Assembly (NCBI GenBank): GCA_001567355.1
Contig: JYNZ01000005.1
Coordinates: 67,981 to 131,980 of the forward strand
Source: a candidate division WS6 bacterium OLB20
Lineage (GTDB): Bacteria; Patescibacteriota; Dojkabacteria; B142; OLB20
Length of the DNA: 64,000 nucleotides
Direction of reading: 5' to 3'
Shown here: positions 47,882-58,110 of the stretch, one piece after another
Layout: every line of letters starts with the position of its first letter
How positions within the stretch are numbered: the first letter of the stretch is position 1
Program-made: the position numbers and the translations under genes
The notes under the pieces: generated by a model
What the model was told of the DNA's origin: nothing
What the model saw: only the letters and a program-made list of their open reading frames with translations
The model's database searches: none

Positions 47882-50800
47882 ATGGTACGAGTTGCCTATT
47901 CAGGTAAGGATATTCCTCATATGCGGAATAGATTTGCCCGGTTGCCACACAAGGCACGAGCTGTATTCAGACGTCCTGCCTTCCGGGCAGTTTCGGTTTT
48001 CAGTCTCATACTTTTTCTGCTTGCACCTGTATTTCTCCCTCTTTTAGTCAGTGCTGCGCCGGTTCCATCACTTGTTGTATCACTGCCTGCAGAGACACTT
48101 ATCGGGGAGGATGTATCATTCAGTATCTCGTTTCAGAATACCGGGACAAATGAAGGTTACGGACCATTTATTGACCTGATTTTTCCCTTCACCGGTGCGG
48201 ACGGTATCTACCCGTTCAGCCCAGGTCTGGAGGAAGACGGCCTTGATTTTGTATCAGCTTCATTTTTAAGTACGCCGCTGACGACCTCAGTGTTTCAGTT
48301 TACCGACACCGAGCCCTGCGTAGACCATCCCTATGCAGTAGACACAAGCGGTCAGCCCATCTCCATCTGCGGCACACCTGGTGACAAACTGGTTGTGCTT
48401 CAGCTTCCGTTCGGCTCATTTGTGCCGGGACAGCCTGATGTCGATGTCAGCGTTAATGCCACCCTTCACAACTGGGCAGATGCCGGAACTGATCTGACAG
48501 TGCAGGCGCGTGGCGGTTTTCAATTTGGTGCAACACCGGCAAATGACTTTACTACCGATCCCTCAGTACTAAACACATTTTCAGATTACGACACGACACC
48601 GACCGTATTCAGCATTCGCAAAAATTATGTCGGGCCTGAGGATGAGACAGCTTCGGGACAGAACTTCCCGCGCGAGTTCAACCTCTTTGTTGACATTGCT
48701 GACAGCCTCACACTGACTGATTTTGTGATGAACGATAATCTTGATAACCGGGTTGTCTACGATGGATTCGGCAGCAGCAGTCCCTCCGCCACAATAACTG
48801 ACACTCCTGGTACGCCCGGTGCCCAGAACCCGCCAGCTAACAATCTCACACTTGAATGGGCGTCACTTACCGGTACTACGTCGGGCACAGATGCAAGTGC
48901 CTCATTTGACTTTTATGTTGACCGGCTGGATGCTAATGCCGCCAGCGTAATCAATCCAACTGCGGGCGGTTGTGTAAACATTCCAAACGATATTTCCGCC
49001 ACAGCGGACTGGGATCCTGATGATCCGAGAGACAGCATCACACCCGTCAGCTCTGATGTGACACCTACAGATGAAACGTTTGAAGCATGCAGCATGGTAA
49101 TTCAGAAGTCAGTAGCCATGGCAAGCGATACCGGACCTGCCGGTTACACGCCGGGCGACATCGTGCAGTACACACTTAATTTCCAGGTCTCTGACTACTT
49201 TGCGCTGAGTGATGTCATCATCAACGATCTCATGTCAGACGGTCAGCGGTTTGATACAGGCTTCACTCCGACACTCAGCTTTACCTCACATGGTGTCAGC
49301 ACTTCAGGAGCGATGGATCCGTCAAGCTTCACTGTAACCGATCACTTTACTGGTGGAGCGCCTGCTGTCCCGCCGATTGAAGGTACACAGGAGGTAAGTT
49401 TTGACATCTCGGGAGAACTGTCGACACGCAGCTATATTTCGGGCAGTGACCTGATAGGAGGATGCGTTCCGTTTGGCGGAGGTGCAATCGACTGCACAGG
49501 GTCAAGTGCAACGACAGGAACGCTTGTCTTCAGGGCAGAGATCCAGGAACTCTTTACAGACGAATATGCACCGCAGAACGATAATGTTGATCAGGGAGAC
49601 ATTCTTACCAACTCAGTCGAGATAAGCGGTCAGATTCTTGTTAATTCGACCCTTGCAGGTACGGGCAATTACGTGAGCGAAGGCAGCGGAGCAACATTCA
49701 GCATCCTCAATGGCGCGCTTGCAGTCAAAGACATCTATGCGATCAATGGAATCACAGGATCCTACTCCACACCGGCAATTGGTCCGGGTGATACAGTCAC
49801 ATATCGTATCCGTTTTGAGATGCCTACATCCGATGTCGAGGATCTTGTGATTACCGACTATCTGCCACTTCCGGTTTTTGAGGCGACAGAAATCACAACC
49901 TTTGATCCGACGGTTAATGCAACCGTGCCACCCGCAGGTACCGTTAAATTCGGAGCTAATGACACATTCTTTGCCCTGACAGGAATCACCCCGATACTGA
50001 CAAATGACGGCACCTCAAATACATTCACACTGGATTACGGCAGCAATCAGGAGGTGACAGAGGTAAGCTCGGTTATCGAACTCTACGTAACCGTCACGGC
50101 CTCAGATGAACCGTTTGCAGATGGCCTGTTTCTGACCAACCAGGCTCAGTCAACGCAGGGAACAACCAACAGTACAACCGAGACTGCCACGCAGATTGTC
50201 CAGGTGGAGCTGACACTGCCGAATCTGCAAATCACAAAGGGAATTATCGCCACGGACGGTCCGGCAGGAGTATTTGACCCTGCCCCCCCTGCTCCGGAAT
50301 CGGTCACAGCACCTGATACTGCGGGATTCCGGTTCGGAGGGACGGTAAGCTCATCAGATCTTGATGCAAATCCTATGGACAGTAATCTGAGTGATGTTGA
50401 CTCGGATGATCTGGTCAGTTTTGTTATCGTTGTTGAAAACACCGGTCAGGGTGTCAACGGCGCATTTGACGTCGGCATCTCAGACACACTGCCGGCTGAT
50501 TTTGTCATCCCTGTAGCCGGTAACGGTCTGAATCTGAGAGTAACCGATGGTGCCGGCAATCCCCTCTCATGGACTGCCGCTGATGGTACTGATACTGTCC
50601 CGCTGTTTGAAGACGGGATTATTCTTGATGACGGTGTGACTGGCGCGCTTGATGCATATGACACCTCATCCGGCGGCAATATAGCGCTTATCACCTACGA
50701 TCTGCAGATTGTTAATGATGTTGAACCGGAAAGCCTGATCGAAAACACTGCCACTCTGTTTCAGTATGCAAGTACCGAAGGCGGCCCCGACTTTGTCTCA

Positions 50801-53800
50801 ATCAACCAGACGGATGCTGCCGAAGTCAGTGGCACAAAAGCACCTGACATCTCAAAATCATATACCACCACAAACCATGCCGGCTCGACCGATCCGGATG
50901 TGGTCGTTGGCGAGCAGATCACCTATGAGGTCGTTCTCGATATCCCTGAGGGCGAAATGACTGGCACAGACCTTACCGATACACTCGACAGCGGTCTTGC
51001 CCTGCTCGGTATCGACTCAATTGTTGCATCCAGTGGCGACGTGACGACAAGCCATGCCGGCGGTTTTGCAGGTGTTGCTGCTGACATAGTTGTAACAAAC
51101 AGCGGCAGAACAATCGAGTTTCCGTTTGATACGATCACTAATGTAAATACCGATGACGGAGTGACCGAGACTATCACCGTGACCTATACAGTGGTTGTGC
51201 TCAACAACAACCAGATCTATCGTGATCGGGCACGCAATAACAGCGCAGTATTCACCTATCAGAACGGTACCGTTTCCGACAGCGCCAGCAATGTCAATGT
51301 TGCCGAGCCGACACTCCAGATTACCAAAACACCTTCTCCGACAAGTGCAGATGCAGGCGATACGGTCACGTTTACTCTGGTGATCAGCCATACCGGGGCC
51401 AGCGATGCCAATGCCTACGATGTTCAGCTGGAAGATATCATCCCGACGGGTATGACCTATGTTGCGGCAAGCGTCAGCCATGATGCAGGCCTTGCTCCTG
51501 ATAACGGTCCTTCCGAGTCAGGCGGTACAATCAGTGCAACCTGGAACACATTTCCGGATGACGGATCCACGAGCACGATCAGTTTTGATGTTACCATTGA
51601 CAGTACCGTGCCTCTGGGCGGAACAGTCACCAATACTGCAGGGATCGAGTGGACAAGTCTGCCAGGAGATATAACAGCCGATCAGTCTACCTATGCATCA
51701 CCCTCAACAGAGCGTACCGGCGATACGGGCAACCCCGGAGGCTCCGAAAATGACTACACCACCTCTGCAAACGGTCCGGTTTCCATTCTGTCCGTTAACC
51801 CGGTCAAGACCATAGCTGCAACGTCTGAGGCATCCACGACCGCCCTGAGCGGGATCGAACGCGTAACGGTCGGAGAGATTGTCCGTTACCGGATGGTCAT
51901 ACGAGTAGCAGAGTCAACTGCGACAAACCTGCAGTTACGTGACAACCTGTCCACAGGCATGCAGTTTATCGATGATGGTACAGCCATGGTGGCATTTGTC
52001 AGCAACGATGCCGGAATAACTTCATCAACACTGATACCCGGCAGCATCGGCTGCGACGGGGGCAGCAATCCCGATATAGCGTTCACTGGTAATCAGACAA
52101 CTGTATCGGGGATAACTCCGGAATGTCCGCTGCCTGACAGTGCAGTCAGTAACTCAGCCGGTTCCGATGTTGATACATACGCCTCCGGCACTGATATTTA
52201 CTTCAAGCTTGGCAATGTCGTCAATGATGACCGCGACGGCGATGACGAGCTGATCGTTGTCGAATTCAACGCACTCGTCAGAAACGAAGCGAGTAATGTC
52301 AGCGCGACAAACAGGGACAACACATTTAACGTATTTGAAAACGGCTCGAGTGTTGCAGTATCAACAACAGGCAACTCGAGCAGAGTACGGATTGCAGAAC
52401 CTGTTGTTTCTGTTGCCAAAGCGGTGACTGTTGCGCCAACGGATGCCGGTGACGCGCTTCAGTACACTATTACGGTCACCAATACGGATACCAGTGTCAA
52501 CGGCGCATCAGCCTTTGACTTCACTGTAACCGACACAGTCCCTGCTGAGGCAGCTGTCCAATCGGTATCTGTCAGCACGCCAAACGGGTATACAGATAAT
52601 TCTTCAGGGCAGAACGTCAGTGTCGTGCTGGATACTCTCGGCAAGGGTCAGGCGGCAACCATCACAATTAATACATTTGTCTCATCCGTAGTTCAACCCG
52701 AAGAGATTATCAGTAATTCAGCGTCTGCAGTCTGGACCAGCCTGCCGGGAACAAACGGTACGACCGGCAACCCCACAGGGTCGGCAAACAGCGGTTCTGC
52801 AGGCACAGCGACTGGTGAACGCACAGGACAGGATGGTGTCGGCCTGCTTAATGACTACACTGCTTCGAGTACTGCAAACACATCAGTCGGCTCGGTAATA
52901 ATCGATAAACTGTCACCTTCTCCGACGAGCTATCCGATCGGTTCATCAGTTGACTACGATATCCGGGTGACCCTGCCCGAAGGAACTGTCAGCAATGTCG
53001 TTGTAACCGATTTTGTCCCTGCCGGAATGGATTACACCGGGTACCAGGTCATCACTACCTCGGGTACAAATCTGCCCCAGACATTTGCAGGCAGTGTTCC
53101 TGCACCGTCAGTATCCGGGGGTACGGGAAGCGGCTCGGATGTATCATTTACATTCTCAAGTATCTCAACAACGGCCGATAATGATACCGGCAACAACAGT
53201 TTTCTGGTGCGGGTCACACTTGTCATACTTAACGAACTGACAACACAGCGAGGCGATACACTTGGTAATACCGCGGGACTTGTATTTGATAATCCGAACG
53301 GCCCTGGCACATTGGCCGAAAACGATCTTGTCCCGGAAAATATCACCGTACTTGAGCCGATTCTGCAGCTGACAAAGACTGCTTCTTCAGTCCCGGCTGA
53401 GGTGGAGGCAGGAACAACGGTCGAGTATGAGATCGAGGTGCAGCATCACGCAAACAGCAACAGTACAGCACATGATGTAGTCATCAATGACCCTGCACAA
53501 AGCAATCTGACGATCACAGGTGTATCGGTCAATGTAACCGGGTCAATCAGTACACCAAGTTCCACCTTTACCGGCAATACGGTTCGTGTTCCGGCAAGCG
53601 GAAGCTTTGACCTGCCAGATGATGGAACAATCGTAACGGTAACAGTGACAGCGACCGTCAGTGCAGGAGCAAGCGAGACGATTACAAACATTGCCGATAC
53701 GACATGGGCTTCAACAGATCTACCAAACACCAATGCGCGCACTGACGGCAGTGGTGAGTATGACCTTGCCGAGTCAGGCGCGACAGGACTTAACGACTAC

Positions 53801-56272
53801 GAGACAAGTGACGACGACATGCTGGTCACGACATCTGACCCTACGGCAGTCAAATCTATAGCTCAGACCAGCCTGGCAACAACCTCGGATGCGTCCGATC
53901 CGGTTGAGCTTACGCCGGGAGAAGAGGTTACGTTTTTCATTCTGATCGGAATCGGTGAAGGTACGACCACATCACTGCAGGTGCTTGACGATCTGGCCCC
54001 GAATATTGAGTATGTCTCACACGCTGTAGTGACAAATGCTGCGGCAAGCTATGGCAATATGGCCCAGAATTTCAGCGGTACAATCCCCGCTCCATCCTGC
54101 ACCGGCTGTACCCCCGGATCTGACGGAGCTGACCTGACATTTGACTTCAGCAATATCGTAAATACGGTTGACGGCAACGGACTTAATGATTTCTTCGGTC
54201 TGCAGATCGTTGCCAGACTTACAGACAACCCGATCAACGACGGTCTTCCGTCGGGTACGACTGATTTCAGCAACAGCGCAACGGTGCAGGCAAATGTGCC
54301 GACCGGACCCGTGATCGATGCAGGCACAGTCGACATGACCGTTGTGGAGCCGGATGTAACTATCACTAAGGAGTTTGACACAGGGACTGATCCAGATCAG
54401 GCATCACCATACGATATTGCCACGGTTACTATAGTAATCGGCAATGACGGCAGTACCGATGCCTACGATATTACGTGGGAGGACGATCTGGAGAGCATAC
54501 AGGCAGGAGTGTTTAACTATCAGAACGATCTCGGAGTGGTCTGTACTGGCGGCGTACCTGTTACTATGACTGTCGATGATACAGCCGATCCTCTCCTGAC
54601 CGGTCAGCTTGGCAGGCTGCCCGCAGGCGAGTCATGCACGGTAACCTTCAGTGTTGAGCTGGACGGTACTATTGACCAGGGCACCTATCCGACAGTCACT
54701 AACGAGACTGCTGTAACGTCATTTGATAACCATCCTTCGTCTCCGGCAGAGCAACGAAGCCAGGGTCCTGTAACAGCATCTGACACTATTACGGTTGCCG
54801 TTGTGGATCTCGAGATTGTAAAAGATGACAGCGATACTGAGGTTGATCCGGGTGATACAGCAATCTATACCCTGTCTGTCACCAACAACGGTCTTGCTGA
54901 TGCGACAGGTATCACTGTAACCGAAACCGTGCCGGCTAACACACAGTTTGACGCTTCTAACAGCACTGTGGGCTGGACCTGTACCCCGGACAGTGCACCG
55001 GGTGCTGCATGTACGTTTGACCTGAGCACCCATCTTGGATCAGCACTGGCTGGTAACGGCGGCACAACCGACATCTATTTTGCCCTCACGGTTGATAACC
55101 CCGTCGCACCGGGCACAGTCAGCATCGCAAATACGGCATCTGTTGAGGATGATGGCGCAAGCGGCGTAGATCCGACACCCGGTGATAATACAGATACAGA
55201 TACAAATGCTATGGGGAACGTGGTTGACCTGATTATTGTCAAGACAGCAGCAGACACTGAGACAACATTCAATACCGACCTGGTCTTCACTCTGGAATAT
55301 GAAAACGTGGGAACTGTTGACGCGGAGAATGTGGAAATCACAGAAACAGTGCCGACTGACAGCGAATTCAATCCGACCCTCAGCGCTCCCGGCTGGTCAT
55401 GCACGCCAGATAACCTGGCAGGCAGCACCTGTACACTGGCGCTCGGGACAGTCGCCGAGAATACCTCAGGCAGTGTTGAGTTTGCGGTCACAACCGGAGA
55501 CTATGCACTTGGAGTTTACAGCGAGATAGAAAACACCGCGTCTATTGCTGACGACGGCACGTACGGGCCGGACAGCAATCCATCTGATAATACAAGTACT
55601 GCGACAGTTCCTGTCTTGTACACCAATGTGTTTGACCCGCCGTCCGCGCAGAAGACATTCAATGACGACGAGCTGCCGGAGATGGAATGGGTCATGGTCT
55701 GGATCAATGACGGCAACACGGTTGCTCTAAACGTCAGGATTGTGGATCCGGTGCCGGCCGGAACAACATACATTCCAGGAAGCTTTGTCTGCGAGCCGCG
55801 GGGTGTATCTGCCACAACACTATGCGAATATGATTCCCTTAACAATCAGGTCGTCTGGGAGGGTTCAATCGGTCCGGACACGGGAGGCACAACAGAAGAC
55901 GACAGCGACAATGAGGTGGTGCTGACCTTTAAGACAAGTGTACCCGCCGAGATCGAGATGCTTGAAAACCAGGCAATGGTTTACTGGGATGACAATATGG
56001 ATGGAAACGTAGATGATGATATTCTCGCAGGGCAGACCGCAGGTATGTCAAATGACCCCGATACGACAGAAGCCGGTGACCCGACCATCTGGGAGCGTCC
56101 GGAGCTGGCTGCAACAGGCGCCGTCCTGACAGTACCGGCGTTACTTGCAACATTGATTATAGCTGCAGTTATTGCAGTCAATATTCAGCAGCAGAGGGGT
56201 ATAACCCTGCATGGATTTATACACCTCAGAAAACACTCAGGGGTAGCTGATCGGATACGATTCAGGCGCTGA
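47882..56272 (+). CDS. Giant (2796 aa) surface protein made of DUF11 'conserved repeat domain' modules, with a signal peptide and a C-terminal LAATG sorting signal plus TM and basic tail
   Basis: Many TIGR01451-like repeats (…DTAIYTLSVTNNGLADATGITVTETVP…, …DTVTFTLVISHTGASDANAYDVQLEDIIP…). The C-terminus is …PELAATGAVLTVPALLATLIIAAVIAVNIQQQRG. Confidence 0.8.
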   Translation: MVRVAYSGKDIPHMRNRFARLPHKARAVFRRPAFRAVSVFSLILFLLAPVFLPLLVSAAPVPSLVVSLPAETLIGEDVSFSISFQNTGTNEGYGPFIDLIFPFTGADGIYPFSPGLEEDGLDFVSASFLSTPLTTSVFQFTDTEPCVDHPYAVDTSGQPISICGTPGDKLVVLQLPFGSFVPGQPDVDVSVNATLHNWADAGTDLTVQARGGFQFGATPANDFTTDPSVLNTFSDYDTTPTVFSIRKNYVGPEDETASGQNFPREFNLFVDIADSLTLTDFVMNDNLDNRVVYDGFGSSSPSATITDTPGTPGAQNPPANNLTLEWASLTGTTSGTDASASFDFYVDRLDANAASVINPTAGGCVNIPNDISATADWDPDDPRDSITPVSSDVTPTDETFEACSMVIQKSVAMASDTGPAGYTPGDIVQYTLNFQVSDYFALSDVIINDLMSDGQRFDTGFTPTLSFTSHGVSTSGAMDPSSFTVTDHFTGGAPAVPPIEGTQEVSFDISGELSTRSYISGSDLIGGCVPFGGGAIDCTGSSATTGTLVFRAEIQELFTDEYAPQNDNVDQGDILTNSVEISGQILVNSTLAGTGNYVSEGSGATFSILNGALAVKDIYAINGITGSYSTPAIGPGDTVTYRIRFEMPTSDVEDLVITDYLPLPVFEATEITTFDPTVNATVPPAGTVKFGANDTFFALTGITPILTNDGTSNTFTLDYGSNQEVTEVSSVIELYVTVTASDEPFADGLFLTNQAQSTQGTTNSTTETATQIVQVELTLPNLQITKGIIATDGPAGVFDPAPPAPESVTAPDTAGFRFGGTVSSSDLDANPMDSNLSDVDSDDLVSFVIVVENTGQGVNGAFDVGISDTLPADFVIPVAGNGLNLRVTDGAGNPLSWTAADGTDTVPLFEDGIILDDGVTGALDAYDTSSGGNIALITYDLQIVNDVEPESLIENTATLFQYASTEGGPDFVSINQTDAAEVSGTKAPDISKSYTTTNHAGSTDPDVVVGEQITYEVVLDIPEGEMTGTDLTDTLDSGLALLGIDSIVASSGDVTTSHAGGFAGVAADIVVTNSGRTIEFPFDTITNVNTDDGVTETITVTYTVVVLNNNQIYRDRARNNSAVFTYQNGTVSDSASNVNVAEPTLQITKTPSPTSADAGDTVTFTLVISHTGASDANAYDVQLEDIIPTGMTYVAASVSHDAGLAPDNGPSESGGTISATWNTFPDDGSTSTISFDVTIDSTVPLGGTVTNTAGIEWTSLPGDITADQSTYASPSTERTGDTGNPGGSENDYTTSANGPVSILSVNPVKTIAATSEASTTALSGIERVTVGEIVRYRMVIRVAESTATNLQLRDNLSTGMQFIDDGTAMVAFVSNDAGITSSTLIPGSIGCDGGSNPDIAFTGNQTTVSGITPECPLPDSAVSNSAGSDVDTYASGTDIYFKLGNVVNDDRDGDDELIVVEFNALVRNEASNVSATNRDNTFNVFENGSSVAVSTTGNSSRVRIAEPVVSVAKAVTVAPTDAGDALQYTITVTNTDTSVNGASAFDFTVTDTVPAEAAVQSVSVSTPNGYTDNSSGQNVSVVLDTLGKGQAATITINTFVSSVVQPEEIISNSASAVWTSLPGTNGTTGNPTGSANSGSAGTATGERTGQDGVGLLNDYTASSTANTSVGSVIIDKLSPSPTSYPIGSSVDYDIRVTLPEGTVSNVVVTDFVPAGMDYTGYQVITTSGTNLPQTFAGSVPAPSVSGGTGSGSDVSFTFSSISTTADNDTGNNSFLVRVTLVILNELTTQRGDTLGNTAGLVFDNPNGPGTLAENDLVPENITVLEPILQLTKTASSVPAEVEAGTTVEYEIEVQHHANSNSTAHDVVINDPAQSNLTITGVSVNVTGSISTPSSTFTGNTVRVPASGSFDLPDDGTIVTVTVTATVSAGASETITNIADTTWASTDLPNTNARTDGSGEYDLAESGATGLNDYETSDDDMLVTTSDPTAVKSIAQTSLATTSDASDPVELTPGEEVTFFILIGIGEGTTTSLQVLDDLAPNIEYVSHAVVTNAAASYGNMAQNFSGTIPAPSCTGCTPGSDGADLTFDFSNIVNTVDGNGLNDFFGLQIVARLTDNPINDGLPSGTTDFSNSATVQANVPTGPVIDAGTVDMTVVEPDVTITKEFDTGTDPDQASPYDIATVTIVIGNDGSTDAYDITWEDDLESIQAGVFNYQNDLGVVCTGGVPVTMTVDDTADPLLTGQLGRLPAGESCTVTFSVELDGTIDQGTYPTVTNETAVTSFDNHPSSPAEQRSQGPVTASDTITVAVVDLEIVKDDSDTEVDPGDTAIYTLSVTNNGLADATGITVTETVPANTQFDASNSTVGWTCTPDSAPGAACTFDLSTHLGSALAGNGGTTDIYFALTVDNPVAPGTVSIANTASVEDDGASGVDPTPGDNTDTDTNAMGNVVDLIIVKTAADTETTFNTDLVFTLEYENVGTVDAENVEITETVPTDSEFNPTLSAPGWSCTPDNLAGSTCTLALGTVAENTSGSVEFAVTTGDYALGVYSEIENTASIADDGTYGPDSNPSDNTSTATVPVLYTNVFDPPSAQKTFNDDELPEMEWVMVWINDGNTVALNVRIVDPVPAGTTYIPGSFVCEPRGVSATTLCEYDSLNNQVVWEGSIGPDTGGTTEDDSDNEVVLTFKTSVPAEIEMLENQAMVYWDDNMDGNVDDDILAGQTAGMSNDPDTTEAGDPTIWERPELAATGAVLTVPALLATLIIAAVIAVNIQQQRGITLHGFIHLRKHSGVADRIRFRR

Positions 56273-56364
56273 CAGCTCTGTCAGAAAGTTATCGCGATAA
56301 TTGTTCTGCACCCAGACAAGCAGCACGATCGCAGCAGCAAACAATCCCAGCAGTACAAGTGTCT

Positions 56365-56970
56365 TCAGCCAGTCTGCAGCGGTCGCACGCTCACCGGCTC
56401 TGCCTTCACGACGAATCTCCGGTCTGATGTCCATAGCGGAACACAGGTATAAAGTGTAAGAATATTGCGCTCTGATGGCTCTTCAATGTACTTTGCATCG
56501 GCAGCCACCTCCTCGGTCACACTCACGCGGTACTCGTACTCTGTCTCGTTCCAGAGGACGAAAATCGTATCCCCCTCCTTCAGTCTGGGTAGATGATAGA
56601 ACGAACGCTGCTCCTGTCCATACAGGTAACGGTGGGCAACAAGCACTGTATTGCCTCCCGCTTCAGGGTCTGATGTACCAGGTCTGCGCCAGATGCCGTT
56701 GTCCAGCGTTGCAAATGCAGTGCCTTCCCAGATGCGTCCTGACACACCTATGCGCGGTATTATCAGTCGATTTCCCGTCTCCGGTTCGGAAGGAACCGGC
56801 ACAGCTAGTGCGCGTGCCTGATCAAGCAGCCCCTCCTGCAGTTCTGGTGCAAGTTCCCGGTATGTCAGCTCAGGGATGAGGGGCAGAATTATCACATACA
56901 GCGCGATCGACACTGTCATTACTGACAGGAGAAACTGTATCCGCTGCAAGAAAGTTCTGCTCATGGACAT
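56365..56970 (-). CDS. Sortase transpeptidase (class E-like), membrane-anchored
   Basis: N-terminal TM, catalytic His in NTVLVAHRY, TLxTC motif (LTLYTCVP) and a downstream Arg (RRFVVKA). It sits adjacent to the LAATG substrate. Confidence 0.8.
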   Translation of the reverse strand: MSMSRTFLQRIQFLLSVMTVSIALYVIILPLIPELTYRELAPELQEGLLDQARALAVPVPSEPETGNRLIIPRIGVSGRIWEGTAFATLDNGIWRRPGTSDPEAGGNTVLVAHRYLYGQEQRSFYHLPRLKEGDTIFVLWNETEYEYRVSVTEEVAADAKYIEEPSERNILTLYTCVPLWTSDRRFVVKAEPVSVRPLQTG

Positions 56971-56983
56971 ATTCTAGCAGGTG

Positions 56984-57487
56984 CTAGGCGGCTTGGGACA
57001 TCAGGTTGCTGATGAAGCGCTTGACCTCAACAGGATCATCGATTCCGGTCATGCTTAACTCTACAGAAGCGGAACCCGATGTATTGAGATGCAGTGTTCC
57101 GGAGTTGAACAGAAACCGTTCGGCAAATGTCTGCTCAAGAACAATGTCCGTAATCTGTTCGTATGATACAGAGATGAACACGTTCCCGAGTATTCCGCGC
57201 TGTGATATGACACGCCGGTTCGTGATTGCATAGTTGTAGGCGCGCGGAAGATAGGCAAAATTGTACAGGAGGATGTATGTGTAGAGTACTGCGACCGCGA
57301 GCGTGCCGGATATCGCAATAACCGGCTGATAGAGTATCCCCAGAGCATAGTAGGACATTCCAAGCCAGATAATGAAGCAGAACACTCCGCCGGCAGCAAC
57401 ACCAAATGACCTTGTCCTGATACTGACGGTAAGCAGCATCAGAATCTTCTCATTGTCTGCCAGATGGGCGCTGAGGGAGTGCTTCAT
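56984..57487 (-). CDS. bPH_2 (YdbS-like) membrane protein
   Basis: Two TM helices are followed by …ITNRRVISQRGILGNVFISVSYEQITDI…. Confidence 0.6.
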   Translation of the reverse strand: MKHSLSAHLADNEKILMLLTVSIRTRSFGVAAGGVFCFIIWLGMSYYALGILYQPVIAISGTLAVAVLYTYILLYNFAYLPRAYNYAITNRRVISQRGILGNVFISVSYEQITDIVLEQTFAERFLFNSGTLHLNTSGSASVELSMTGIDDPVEVKRFISNLMSQAA

Positions 57488-57630
57488 TCCGGCACAGTAT
57501 AGCAGTTCCGCTGAAAAAACTATATCGCCTCCGGGCTTGTTACGATTAGTGATTCGAGTCTGATGCGATTAGCGCTCTTGAAAATTGCCTGGTGTTTTGC
57601 CATACTGCTCTTGTATTTACACATCTCCCT

Positions 57631-58110
57631 ATGCGACTCAAAATAGTCTCTCTGCTCCTGTTCGTGACTATATTCGTAACAGCCTGTACACCTGCTCTGC
57701 CTGAGGATACCAATTCTGATCCGTTCAGCACCGAAAACGGCAGCGGACAGACCGGTACCCCGACCGCAGAACCCCTGACCGAAGAGGAACGCCAGCAGGC
57801 GGAAGAACGAAACCAGGAACGTGACAACGAGGCACAGCAGATCGCGGAGGCGGTAAACGAGTTTACCTCGAAAGGCGGGCAGCTGCAGGAAGCAGAACTG
57901 ATTCCCTCCTGCGATGACGGTGTTACCGGTATCGGTACGATCAAAGGACTTATCAGTCTTGATAATCTTATCCCGCAGTATCTGAGTGAGATACCGACAG
58001 ACCCGCGCACAGGTTCTGCCAACGACAGCGGTTATGCCCTCTGCCGCTCAGGCGATGACATCGTCGTCACGGCGCCCAACGCAGAACTGGATCGCGAGAT
58101 CAGGAAGTAG
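57631..58110 (+). CDS. Lipoprotein with a pseudopilin (GspG-like) C-terminal motif
   Basis: Lipobox VTAC after the signal peptide (start moved to MRLKIVSLLL). The C-terminus QYLSEIPTDPRTG…GYALCRSGDDIVVTAPNAELD resembles the GspG YLxxLPxDPWG…Y…GDD…D block. Confidence 0.45.
   Translation: MRLKIVSLLLFVTIFVTACTPALPEDTNSDPFSTENGSGQTGTPTAEPLTEEERQQAEERNQERDNEAQQIAEAVNEFTSKGGQLQEAELIPSCDDGVTGIGTIKGLISLDNLIPQYLSEIPTDPRTGSANDSGYALCRSGDDIVVTAPNAELDREIRK

Noticed and set aside
48913-56181. Numerous 60-150-aa ORFs inside the 2796-aa DUF11 gene on either strand
   Set aside because: They are shadow ORFs inside a long, repeat-rich, high-GC-third-position gene. None has a start context or a domain.
56237-56434. 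65-aa minus-strand ORF with one TM helix, overlapping the sortase 3' end and the DUF11 gene end
   Set aside because: It overlaps two confident genes. There is no homopolymer nearby that would fuse it to the sortase. It is possibly a real small membrane protein, but unsupported.
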